From the NCBI GenBank assembly GCA_001771135.1, contig MESW01000003.1, forward strand, positions 72,719 to 136,718: a DNA stretch of 64,000 bases, written 5' to 3'. Under the pieces are notes generated by a model, which saw nothing but the letters and a program-made list of their open reading frames with translations, was not told the origin of the DNA and made no database searches. Source of the DNA: a candidate division CPR3 bacterium GWF2_35_18. Its GTDB lineage: Bacteria > Patescibacteriota > CPR3 > GWF2-35-18. Positions 30,527 through 39,311 of this stretch are shown here, piece after piece. How positions within the stretch are numbered: position 1 is the first letter of the stretch; each line of letters begins with the position of its first letter. The translations under genes were made by a program, and so were the position numbers.

Positions 30527-31873
30527 TTATTTCCTAATTCCAGGCACGGGAAAATTCCGAGTCATCTTTTTAACCTTTTCTCCCATACCTATTAAAAATT
30601 TATCATTCTTCATTTTCGCCTTAAAATCAGCGATAAACTTTTGGCGATTTTCCTTTTCCTGGGGCAACTTATAATCTTTTATATAGTTAATAATTTCGGT
30701 AATCCATTTGGCAATCTGTTTCATCTCCTTTTCTTTCATTCCACGAGAGGTAAGAGCTGGAGTTCCTAGACGTAAACCAGAAGGATAATAAGGTGAAGCC
30801 GGATCCGCGGGAATGGTATTTTTATTGGCTGTCATATGAGCAATATCCAGAGCAAATTCGAGCTGCGCGCCCAGACCTCCGTACTGTGAAAGATCAAGAA
30901 GAATAAGGTGATTATCCGTACCGTCAGAGATCATCTTAACACCGGCTTTTTTGAATTCTGAGGCCATAGCTTTGGAGTTTTTTACAATCTGAGCGGCATA
31001 TTTTTTGAATTCCGGTTTTGCAGCTTCATTTAGAGCTACAGCAATTCCACCGGTAATATGATTATGTGGTCCACCTTGAGATCCAGGGAAAATTGCTTTA
31101 TCGATTTTTTGGGGAAGATCCTGATCTTTTTTGATTCCCTTTTTGGTCACCATAATCATGCCACCACGTGGACCACGCAAAGTTTTGTGAGTCGTTGTAG
31201 TCACTACATGAACATAGTCAACTGGACTTTTGTGAACTCCACCGACAATAAGACCAGCCACATGAGCGATGTCAGCCGACAGATAAGCCCCAATCGAATC
31301 GGCAATCTCGGCAAACTTTTCGAACTCTATTTCCCGAGGATAAGCGGTAGCACCACACCAGATCAATTTTGGTTTATATTCTTTGGCAATCTTCCAAAGT
31401 TCGTCAAAATCTACTCGGCCGTCAGGTTTTAAATGATAAGGATAGCTTTTGAAAAATTTCGCGGTCGCACTCACTTTCCAACCGTGAGTGAGATGTCCAC
31501 CATCCAAAAGATTCATACCGGAAATTGGGTCACCCGGTTCAAGAAGAGCCAAGTAAACTGCAAAGTTAGCTGGAGAACCAGAGTATGGTTGGACATTAAC
31601 ATGTTCTACTTTAAAAAGCTTTTTTGCCCGATCAATTGCTAGCTGCTCAATATCATCAATATTGGTGTTTCCACCATAATAACGTTTGTGAGGAAAACCT
31701 TCCGAATACTTATTAGTCAGAATTGAACCCATAACCGAAAGAACCGCCTCAGAAACATAATTTTCTGAAGGAATGAGCTCCAAACCCTCCATCTGTCTTT
31801 TCTTTTCATTTTGGATATATTTATATAATTCAGGATCTTGTTTTTGTAGAATTTTTGATTGTAAAATATTCAT
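30527..31873 (-). CDS. glyA: Serine hydroxymethyltransferase
   Basis: ELIPSENYVS and the PLP-lysine region TTTTHKTLRGPRGG. Confidence 0.9.
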   Translation of the reverse strand: MNILQSKILQKQDPELYKYIQNEKKRQMEGLELIPSENYVSEAVLSVMGSILTNKYSEGFPHKRYYGGNTNIDDIEQLAIDRAKKLFKVEHVNVQPYSGSPANFAVYLALLEPGDPISGMNLLDGGHLTHGWKVSATAKFFKSYPYHLKPDGRVDFDELWKIAKEYKPKLIWCGATAYPREIEFEKFAEIADSIGAYLSADIAHVAGLIVGGVHKSPVDYVHVVTTTTHKTLRGPRGGMIMVTKKGIKKDQDLPQKIDKAIFPGSQGGPHNHITGGIAVALNEAAKPEFKKYAAQIVKNSKAMASEFKKAGVKMISDGTDNHLILLDLSQYGGLGAQLEFALDIAHMTANKNTIPADPASPYYPSGLRLGTPALTSRGMKEKEMKQIAKWITEIINYIKDYKLPQEKENRQKFIADFKAKMKNDKFLIGMGEKVKKMTRNFPVPGIRK

Positions 31874-31925
31874 TAAATAACTCCTTTAAAAAATCTAAAA
31901 CCTTATTCGACTTATATTAACTTTA

Positions 31926-32501
31926 CTACACCATTTTGATAATCCCTCTTTCGCTAATAATATAATCTAAACGTTCATCATGCTCTTCATAAGGAATTTT
32001 TGGGAGTATTTGGAAATAATACCCCAATCCGATTTTCATTGCACGGGTTTTTTGTAATAACTTGTCATAATAACCTCCACCATGTCCCAAGCGAACACAA
32101 TTTTTATCAAAAGCCACCCCAGGGACAATAAAAAGATCGATCTTTTCAATATCAACTTCAAGCATCCCTTTTTTTGGCTCTTCAATTCCGTATTTTCCGA
32201 TCTCCAAATCAATCCATTTATTAATTTTGTATAACTTCAAACTCCCTTTATGAATTTTTGGAACGACAATTTCTCTCTCGTTCAAAAATAACTCTTTGAT
32301 AATTATCTCTTTGGTATCAACCTCTTCTTTAGTGGAAATATAGAAGCAGATCATTTTTGATTTTTGGAAAAGATCTAAACTATACAGATGTTTCTGAATT
32401 CGTTCATGCGCTCTCTGCTTTTTGAAGCTGTTAAATCTCACTCGTTTCATCTGAATGTCTTTACGTAAATTTTCCTTTTCTTGTTGAATTTTGTTAATCA
32501 T
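31926..32501 (-). CDS. 5-formyltetrahydrofolate cyclo-ligase
   Basis: GHGGGYYDK motif of the MTHFS family. 191 aa. Confidence 0.8.
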   Translation of the reverse strand: MINKIQQEKENLRKDIQMKRVRFNSFKKQRAHERIQKHLYSLDLFQKSKMICFYISTKEEVDTKEIIIKELFLNEREIVVPKIHKGSLKLYKINKWIDLEIGKYGIEEPKKGMLEVDIEKIDLFIVPGVAFDKNCVRLGHGGGYYDKLLQKTRAMKIGLGYYFQILPKIPYEEHDERLDYIISERGIIKMV

Positions 32502-33748
32502 CTAATATCCCATTTTAAACCTAAAACTTCCCGAATTTCTCCCACTAGATATAACGAACCGGTCACTAGAATGTGATTATCAATAATTCTCTGCATCGCG
32601 TGAAAAGTGTCCATGGCGTTTTTGGTGGTGGTTACTTTTATATTGGAATCAATTTTATTAATATATGAAATTATCTCTTTACTTTTCCGAGCTAATTTTA
32701 CTCCAGTATCAGTCACCTTTTCAAACTCAGTGACGATAAACTCTGAAGCAATCGGTAATAACAAATCGAGTATCTTACGATAATCTTTATCTTTTTTGAT
32801 TGAAATAACAATAGGAAATTTTTGATTTGGAAAAATCTTTTTTAATGAACTCACCAGGGCTTTCATTTTCATAGGGTTATGGGCTCCGTCAATTATAAAA
32901 GTCTTGTCGCGAATATTCACGCTCTCCAGTCTTCCGGGAAAATGGAGTTTTAATAAAGCTTTTCTTATCGTATCATCTGAGACATTAAAACTAGATAAAC
33001 TCTTTATGGCAGTGATTGCCAAAACGGTATTTGTAATCTGAAAATCACCCTGCAAGCTCAGTTTCAGGTTTTTAATCTGAGTATTTTTGAAAAAGTAATC
33101 AAAGGAATTTTGATGTTTTTTGACTTTGAAATCTTTTCCTAATACAAGAAGATCAGCGTTTAATTCTTTCGCTTTATCCATGATAACTCTTTTAATATTT
33201 TTTTGTGTTACGCCGGTTACAGCAATTTTAGATGGTTTAATGATTCCGGCTTTTTCGGTCGCGATCTTTACCAGCGAATTGCCTAGCCAATCCATATGAT
33301 CCCATCCGATATTAGTGACAATCGACACCTCGGGTTTTATGACATTCGTAGCGTCCAGATTTCCACCCAAGCCTACTTCGATCACGGCAATATCCACCTT
33401 ATTTTCATAGAAATACATGAAGCTTAAAGCGATCAGGATTTCAAAATAGGAAGGATAACCCCATTTGCCCTCGATTTTTACTCTTTCAATTACTGGTTTT
33501 AAACGATTAACATAATAAATAAACTGATCATCGGAAATTGGAGTACGATTAAGCAGAATTCGCTCGGTAATCTTTTGCAAGTGCGGGGAGATCGTTAACC
33601 CTACCTTATAACCAACCGCTTCTAGAATACTAGCGGTAATAAATGAGGTCGAACCCTTTCCGGCTGTTCCACCGACATGAATATATTTAAGTTTTTGATG
33701 CGGATTATTGAGTAGAGATAAGAAAAAGCTGATACGTTCAAGACGCAA
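32498..33748 (-). CDS. folC: Folylpolyglutamate synthase / dihydrofolate synthase
   Basis: Mur-ligase P-loop VGGTAGKGST with Mur ligase middle and C-terminal domains. Confidence 0.8.
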   Translation of the reverse strand: MRLERISFFLSLLNNPHQKLKYIHVGGTAGKGSTSFITASILEAVGYKVGLTISPHLQKITERILLNRTPISDDQFIYYVNRLKPVIERVKIEGKWGYPSYFEILIALSFMYFYENKVDIAVIEVGLGGNLDATNVIKPEVSIVTNIGWDHMDWLGNSLVKIATEKAGIIKPSKIAVTGVTQKNIKRVIMDKAKELNADLLVLGKDFKVKKHQNSFDYFFKNTQIKNLKLSLQGDFQITNTVLAITAIKSLSSFNVSDDTIRKALLKLHFPGRLESVNIRDKTFIIDGAHNPMKMKALVSSLKKIFPNQKFPIVISIKKDKDYRKILDLLLPIASEFIVTEFEKVTDTGVKLARKSKEIISYINKIDSNIKVTTTKNAMDTFHAMQRIIDNHILVTGSLYLVGEIREVLGLKWDIR

Positions 33749-33913
33749 ATACTGATAGTTTTCACGCGGAAAGATAAAGGATTGAATATATTTTTCGACT
33801 TGTTGAAAGTTGTTGAACGGTCATTCTCCAAAATTATTATCAATTAAATTATTCTACTCTTTAATTTAATATTTGTAAATGACTCTAAAAAATATAATTA
33901 CAAAACTTATTTA

Positions 33914-34096
33914 TTACCATCCTGCTGGTTTTTCTGGTTCCATCAGTCTATTTGCTTCGGCTTCACCATTTACTTCCTCACCTCGAACTTTATCACCTCC
34001 AGCTTTTGTTGAAGCTGGTAATATAACTGGTATCAAAGCAATAACGACTACAACAGTAATCAGAAAAGATAGTATAATTTTCGTTTTTGTTTTCAT
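33914..34096 (-). CDS. Small (60 aa) membrane-anchored or secreted protein
   Basis: SD AAAGGAG 6 nt upstream of the ATG. It has an N-terminal hydrophobic helix followed by a Gly/Glu-rich tail. The competing plus-strand ORF lacks an RBS. Confidence 0.4.
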   Translation of the reverse strand: MKTKTKIILSFLITVVVVIALIPVILPASTKAGGDKVRGEEVNGEAEANRLMEPEKPAGW

Positions 34097-34170
34097 CTTT
34101 ATCTCCTTTAAAAAATTAAATTCTATATATTAAAACTAAATATTAAATCAATTATTACAGTAATTTAGAA

Positions 34171-35463
34171 TTATTTTTTGATCACCAGTAGTTTATCGAT
34201 TCGATTTCCATCCATATCCACAATTTCTAGAGAAACACTTTCATCTTCATAACGATTACCGGTCTTTGGAATTTCATTCTGTTTATTCATGATTTTATTG
34301 AAAACATACCCGCCGATAGTGTTAAAATCCCCTGAGTATTCACCAGGAATGTGTTTGATGTGCAGCTGTTCTTTGAATTCATCGATAGATAAAAGCCCGT
34401 CCACAAGGAAAGAACCGTCTTTCCTTCGCACTACCTCTTGTTCCTCAAGCTCATCAATTGAAGGAACAGATCCGACAATGGCTTCAAGAATATCAGTTAA
34501 AGAAATTAGCCCTTCTACACTGCCAAATTCATCCAGGACCAGCGCGGTATGAATTCCGGATTTTTTATAGAGATCAATCACATCCAAAGCCTTCATATTT
34601 TCCGATACCAATAAAGGCTCATGCAAAATTTTTTCTAGTTCAATCTTTTCATTCACTAAATAACCAGTCAAAACGTCCTCGGCGCGAATGACTCCTTTAA
34701 CTTTATCAATCGAGCCACGACAAACCGGGTAATAGGCTAAAGGGTTCTTGATAATTTTGTCACGGATTATTTTTTCCGAATTATTTATATCAATCCAGAT
34801 AATTTCGCTACGCGGAGTCATCAAACCTTTAACTTTTTTATCACCTACTTTGAAAGTCCTCTCCACAATATCTTTTTCGGTGGGATTGAAAACGCCTGTT
34901 TTGGTGCCTTCGGAAATGAGGATCTTTATTTCATCTTCACTGATAAGCTGATTCTGATCTTTTTTGAGCTGAAATATCTGCAGAATAAGATCAGTGGACG
35001 AACTTAAAAAAGTCGCAATTGGAGAAAAAATTCTAATGATAAAATGCAGCGGAAGAGCCACAAAACGAGCAATTTGATCCGGAAAGTTGAGGGCTAATCT
35101 TTTAGGAACTAGTTCTCCCAAAACAATCGTAAAATAGGTAATGATAATCACTACAATCCATAAGGCGATAGTGCTACTGTATGGAGTTAAAAATGAAATT
35201 CGTGCTAACGATACCGCTAGGGAATCGGTGATTTCCGCACCTCCCAATACTCCGGTCAGAATTCCGATTAAAGTGATGCTGATCTGGATTGAGGAGAGAA
35301 ATTGGTTAGGAGATTTGGCCATATCTAGAACCAGCTGCGCGCTACGATCACCATCTTTGGCTCGATGCTGTAGTTTGGTGCGTCTAGCAGAAATGATCGC
35401 AATCTCTGCCATTGAAAACATGCCATTTAAAAGAATCAGGATAAAAAGTATAAAAATATTCAT
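34171..35463 (-). CDS. CNNM/TlyC-family transporter (DUF21 TM domain, CBS pair and CorC_HlyC domain)
   Basis: N-terminal four-TM DUF21, tandem CBS domains and a C-terminal CorC/HlyC transporter-associated domain. Confidence 0.8.
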   Translation of the reverse strand: MNIFILFILILLNGMFSMAEIAIISARRTKLQHRAKDGDRSAQLVLDMAKSPNQFLSSIQISITLIGILTGVLGGAEITDSLAVSLARISFLTPYSSTIALWIVVIIITYFTIVLGELVPKRLALNFPDQIARFVALPLHFIIRIFSPIATFLSSSTDLILQIFQLKKDQNQLISEDEIKILISEGTKTGVFNPTEKDIVERTFKVGDKKVKGLMTPRSEIIWIDINNSEKIIRDKIIKNPLAYYPVCRGSIDKVKGVIRAEDVLTGYLVNEKIELEKILHEPLLVSENMKALDVIDLYKKSGIHTALVLDEFGSVEGLISLTDILEAIVGSVPSIDELEEQEVVRRKDGSFLVDGLLSIDEFKEQLHIKHIPGEYSGDFNTIGGYVFNKIMNKQNEIPKTGNRYEDESVSLEIVDMDGNRIDKLLVIKK

Positions 35464-35537
35464 TATGTTTGATTATATACTCAACCTCCTTAAGTTTGCA
35501 AAAATGTTGTTAAGTATACACAAGATGATTTCAAAAG

Positions 35538-35566
35538 TAAAAAAGCCGAGGCAACTGCCTACGGCT
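35538..35566 (-). terminator. Rho-independent terminator downstream of tRNA-Glu
   Basis: On the minus strand, agccgtaggca-gt-tgcctcggct hairpin followed by TTTTTT. Confidence 0.6.
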
Positions 35567-35581
35567 ATTTTAAAAAACATT

Positions 35582-35660
35582 TGGTGACCCCGGAGGGATT
35601 CGAACCCTCGATTTTTGGGATGAAAACCCAGTGTCCTAGGCCGCTAGACGACGGGGCCAC
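35582..35660 (-). tRNA. tRNA-Glu (anticodon UUC), CCA encoded
   Basis: Manual fold. Acceptor stem GTGGCCC/GGGTCAC, T-arm GAGGG-TTCGAAT-CCCTC, anticodon loop TT-TTC-AT with U33 and A37, and a 3' CACCA end. Confidence 0.8.
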
Positions 35661-35729
35661 AAACTATTAACTAAGGACAAACGGAATTATACACGGAAAT
35701 AACTCTTATTTGCAAGACCATGTATCATT

Positions 35730-35763
35730 TTTAAACTAGCGCTTCTTTGAAAACTTCATCGAC
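35730..35763 (-). repeat. Degenerate 34-bp copy (28/34 identical) of the lon 3' terminus (encodes VDEVFKEALV*) lying immediately downstream of the GNAT gene. Its partner copy is 36217-36250.
   Basis: Direct comparison of tttaaactagcgcttctttgaaaacttcatcgac with tttacactaacgcttccttgagaacctcatcaac. Confidence 0.6.
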
Positions 35764-36210
35764 TTATTTAATCTTATATAGAACAACTCGTGGTTGATTG
35801 GGGCCATAATGATCCTTGCTAAACCCAGAAACAACAAATCCCAAGTTTTTGTACATCTTCAAAGCAATCGTATTCTTCGGATGTGTGACGATTTTGATTT
35901 TCTTTTTGTCCTTTAAGCTATCCAACATCATCTTCACTCCTGTAGTTCCATAACCATGTTTTTGATATTCGGGTAAGATTGCAATTCCGACTATTTCCGA
36001 TTCTTCATTATCAATATCTACCCACGAGTAAAATCCGATAATCGTTTTATTGAGATAAATAAACCCGGTATCTCCTGATTGTGTAAGACAAGTTTCGAAC
36101 TCTTTTTCCGTGAAGCTATTGTCAAAATCACGATTAAAACATTTCTTGTCTAATTCAACCAGTTTTGAAATGTCTTTTCTAGTGGCTCTTTTATAAGTTA
36201 ACTTGTCCAT
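35764..36210 (-). CDS. GNAT-family N-acetyltransferase
   Basis: Acetyl-CoA binding motif region GIAILPEYQKHGYGT. 148 aa. It starts 8 nt after the lon stop. Confidence 0.8.
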   Translation of the reverse strand: MDKLTYKRATRKDISKLVELDKKCFNRDFDNSFTEKEFETCLTQSGDTGFIYLNKTIIGFYSWVDIDNEESEIVGIAILPEYQKHGYGTTGVKMMLDSLKDKKKIKIVTHPKNTIALKMYKNLGFVVSGFSKDHYGPNQPRVVLYKIK

Positions 36211-36218
36211 TATTAGTT

Positions 36219-38549
36219 TTACACTAACGCTTCCTTGAGAACCTCATCAACCCGCTTCACAAAAACGAATTTGAGCTGTTTGCGGACTTCGGCTGGAACG
36301 TCTTTCTCCAGGTCTTTCTGATTATCCGCCGGCATAATGATTTTCTTTAAACCCGCACGATGAGCAGCCAGAACTTTTTCTTTCACTCCGCCGATTTCGA
36401 GCACCTTCCCACGTAGCGTAATTTCTCCAGTCATGCCGATATCTTTACGAACTTTTTTCCCGGTATATAGAGAAACGAGACTGGTTGTCATCGTTACCCC
36501 GGCTGAAGGACCGTCTTTGGGAATCGCGCCCTCCGGAACATGAATATGGAGATCATTAACTTTGAAGAGTTTAGGATCGATCTTTAGCTCTTTACTCTTT
36601 GATTTGACGTAAGAAAGAGCGGCTTGTGCGGATTCTTTCATCACATCACCCAGCTGTCCGGTAATAATAAGCCCACCTTTTCCCGGATAATAGGTCGATT
36701 CGATCGCCAGGATATCTCCACCGGCTTCAGTCCAGGCAAGTCCGGTAGCGACACCGGTTTCATCTGCTTCTTCTTTGAGCCAGGCGGAAAACTTCCGTGG
36801 ACCCAAGATCTCTTCGATTTGTTTTTCATTAACCGTAGGGCTAATTTTTTTGTTTTCTGCAATCTTCCGCGCCAATTTTCTAAGAATTGAAGATAGTTCT
36901 CTCTCAAAGTTACGCACCCCAGCTTCGCGGGTATAATTACGAATGATTCTACGTAGAGCTTTTTCCTCAATCTTGATCTTGCGTTTATTGAGTCCATGCG
37001 ACTTTAATAGTCGAGGTAAAAGATATTTTTTGGCAATATGATACTTTTCTTCCTCTGTGTAACCCGAATAACGAATCACTTCCATTCGGTCTCGCAGAGC
37101 TGGAGGAATCGTATCTAGGATATTTGCCGTTGTTATAAACATCACGTCTGAGAGATCAAATGGCACTTCTAGATAATGATCAGAAAAAGCATGATTCTGT
37201 TCAGGATCAAGAGCTTCCAGTAATGCGGAAGAGGGATCGCCACGATAATCATTACCAACCTTGTCGATTTCATCAAGCATAAAGACCGGATTGCTGCTTT
37301 TGACCTGTTGAATGCTTTGAATAATTCTTCCTGGCAAAGCGCCGACATATGTCCTTCTGTGACCGCGGATTTCAGCCTCATCTTTGATTCCACCCAAAGA
37401 CATCTTCACAAATTTGCGATTAAGGGCTTTGGCAATTGATTTTCCGATTGAAGTTTTCCCAGTACCCGGAGGACCGACAAAACAAAGAATCGAACCGCGC
37501 ATTTTTCCCACCAGTTTATTTACAGCTAAATATTCTAGAATTCTTTCTTTCACCCTTTCTAATCCATAATGATCTTCATCCAGAATCGCTTCAGCTTTTT
37601 TCAAATCAATCTGATCTTTGGTCTTTTTGCTCCAAGGCAGATCAACAATAGTTTCCAAATAAGCGCGTAAATAGGAAGACTCTGGATTCATTGAAGACAT
37701 CTTTTCAAAACGATTTAGGTCTTTGACAACCTTTTCCTTGGCTTCTTCAGGCATTTTCAAAGCACTGATTTTTTTGCGCAGAGTTTCAACCTCGTTTTCA
37801 TCTTCCTCGTCTCCCAGCTCTTTTTGAATGGTTTTCATCTGTTCGCGCAAAATCACCTCTTTTTGCATCTTGGAAAGCTCTTGATGCGCTTTACTTTCTA
37901 GTTTCTTGCCCAAACGCAACACTGAAAGCTCTTTACCCAAAATGTCGTTAATGATATCTAGCTTCACTTTGGTTTCGACCTGTTCCAAGATTTTCTGTTT
38001 ATCAATGAGCTTGAGATCAAGGCTTCCCGCAATTAGATCCGCCAAAGAATGAGTATCGTCAACAGAAAGGATATTAATCAAAGCTTCCATGGGCACGGAT
38101 TTTCCTAAAGTAACGGCTTTTTTGAACTGCGAAAGTACCGCGGCTTTGAGCGCTTCAATTTCCTGCGAATACTGGATTACTTCTTCAACATTTTCAACTT
38201 CAACTTTATAAAATGGTTTAGTTTGGGTGAATTTGTGAATTTTGACACGTTTAAGACCTTCGACAAGAATTCGGGTTTCTTTAGTTTCATTGAAAACCTG
38301 TCGGACGACGGCTAGAGTTCCCACCTGGTAAATCTGTTTATTGGTCGGATTTTCGACACTGGCATCCTGTTGAGCGGAAAAGACAATATATCCACCATGC
38401 TTTTGGGCTTCAGTCAAAGCGTTCACGGAGTAATTCCTTCCCAAAGTTAAGGGAAAAAGCACTTTCGGAAAGATAATCACATTCCGTAAAGGTATCAACG
38501 GATATTCGTTAAAATTTTTCTTTTTGAGGGAAGATAATATATCAGTCAT
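36219..38549 (-). CDS. lon: ATP-dependent protease Lon (LonA)
   Basis: LON N-domain, AAA+ Walker [10 protein letters not shown] and S16 protease [14 protein letters not shown]. 776 aa. Confidence 0.92.
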   Translation of the reverse strand: MTDILSSLKKKNFNEYPLIPLRNVIIFPKVLFPLTLGRNYSVNALTEAQKHGGYIVFSAQQDASVENPTNKQIYQVGTLAVVRQVFNETKETRILVEGLKRVKIHKFTQTKPFYKVEVENVEEVIQYSQEIEALKAAVLSQFKKAVTLGKSVPMEALINILSVDDTHSLADLIAGSLDLKLIDKQKILEQVETKVKLDIINDILGKELSVLRLGKKLESKAHQELSKMQKEVILREQMKTIQKELGDEEDENEVETLRKKISALKMPEEAKEKVVKDLNRFEKMSSMNPESSYLRAYLETIVDLPWSKKTKDQIDLKKAEAILDEDHYGLERVKERILEYLAVNKLVGKMRGSILCFVGPPGTGKTSIGKSIAKALNRKFVKMSLGGIKDEAEIRGHRRTYVGALPGRIIQSIQQVKSSNPVFMLDEIDKVGNDYRGDPSSALLEALDPEQNHAFSDHYLEVPFDLSDVMFITTANILDTIPPALRDRMEVIRYSGYTEEEKYHIAKKYLLPRLLKSHGLNKRKIKIEEKALRRIIRNYTREAGVRNFERELSSILRKLARKIAENKKISPTVNEKQIEEILGPRKFSAWLKEEADETGVATGLAWTEAGGDILAIESTYYPGKGGLIITGQLGDVMKESAQAALSYVKSKSKELKIDPKLFKVNDLHIHVPEGAIPKDGPSAGVTMTTSLVSLYTGKKVRKDIGMTGEITLRGKVLEIGGVKEKVLAAHRAGLKKIIMPADNQKDLEKDVPAEVRKQLKFVFVKRVDEVLKEALV

Positions 38550-38658
38550 AGTATTTATTATAAATTAAATCTAGGCAAAAAGTAACGGTTTTACTGTATC
38601 AGAGGAAAATAATATTGTCAATCGTATATTGAGACTGCTAATAGGGAATAATTTAATT

Positions 38659-39303
38659 CTAACCTAGTATATCGGCAAAATTAAGAATAAAATAATCCGG
38701 ATTTAAGGCTTTTAAGTCTTCTTTACTATAAAATCGGTGATTTATTTCTGGATAAAAGATTGCCGTTTTGATATAGGCCGCTTTCCCCGCCTTCACATCG
38801 CTACCGGAATCCCCTATTATAATTGTTTCCGAGTTTGTAGCTCCCAAACGACTCATCGCTTTTTCAACTACCTCAGGATGTGGTTTATAATTTACGACAT
38901 CTTCGGCGGATAAAACTATAGGGAAAAACTTTTCCAAGCCGAGTTTTTTCAAAGGATCTACAACCTGAATCCGCATCGAAGAAGAAACAATAGCCATTTT
39001 CTTTCCGGATTCAAATAGTTTGTTTAAAACCGGCTTCACACCTTCATGCAGCTTCACTTCTAGACGCCTATCGATTACTCTTTTTGATATCTTATTGATA
39101 AAACCGATATTATCTTTTACTCCCAGGTTAAGCGGACCCTTTTCCCAATTTCCCCAAGATTTACTCATCACATCAGCTTCAGTCACTGTGACTCCATACT
39201 CGTGATAAAAATGAAGATAAGCTTCCATCCAGATAGAAAGAGTGTCTGCCAGGCATCCATCCCAATCAAAAAGGACATATTGATATTTATGCTGTATTTT
39301 CAT
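38659..39303 (-). CDS. HAD-family hydrolase (subfamily IA phosphatase-like)
   Basis: Motif I VLFDWDGCL and motif IV GDSGSD. Confidence 0.75.
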   Translation of the reverse strand: MKIQHKYQYVLFDWDGCLADTLSIWMEAYLHFYHEYGVTVTEADVMSKSWGNWEKGPLNLGVKDNIGFINKISKRVIDRRLEVKLHEGVKPVLNKLFESGKKMAIVSSSMRIQVVDPLKKLGLEKFFPIVLSAEDVVNYKPHPEVVEKAMSRLGATNSETIIIGDSGSDVKAGKAAYIKTAIFYPEINHRFYSKEDLKALNPDYFILNFADILG

Positions 39304-39311
39304 GGGAAGAA

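Noticed and set aside
33622-34133. ORFs 33622-33843 (-) and 33879-34133 (+)
   Set aside because: The first overlaps the folC 5' region out of frame. The second is antisense to the better-supported 60-aa minus-strand ORF, which has a strong SD.
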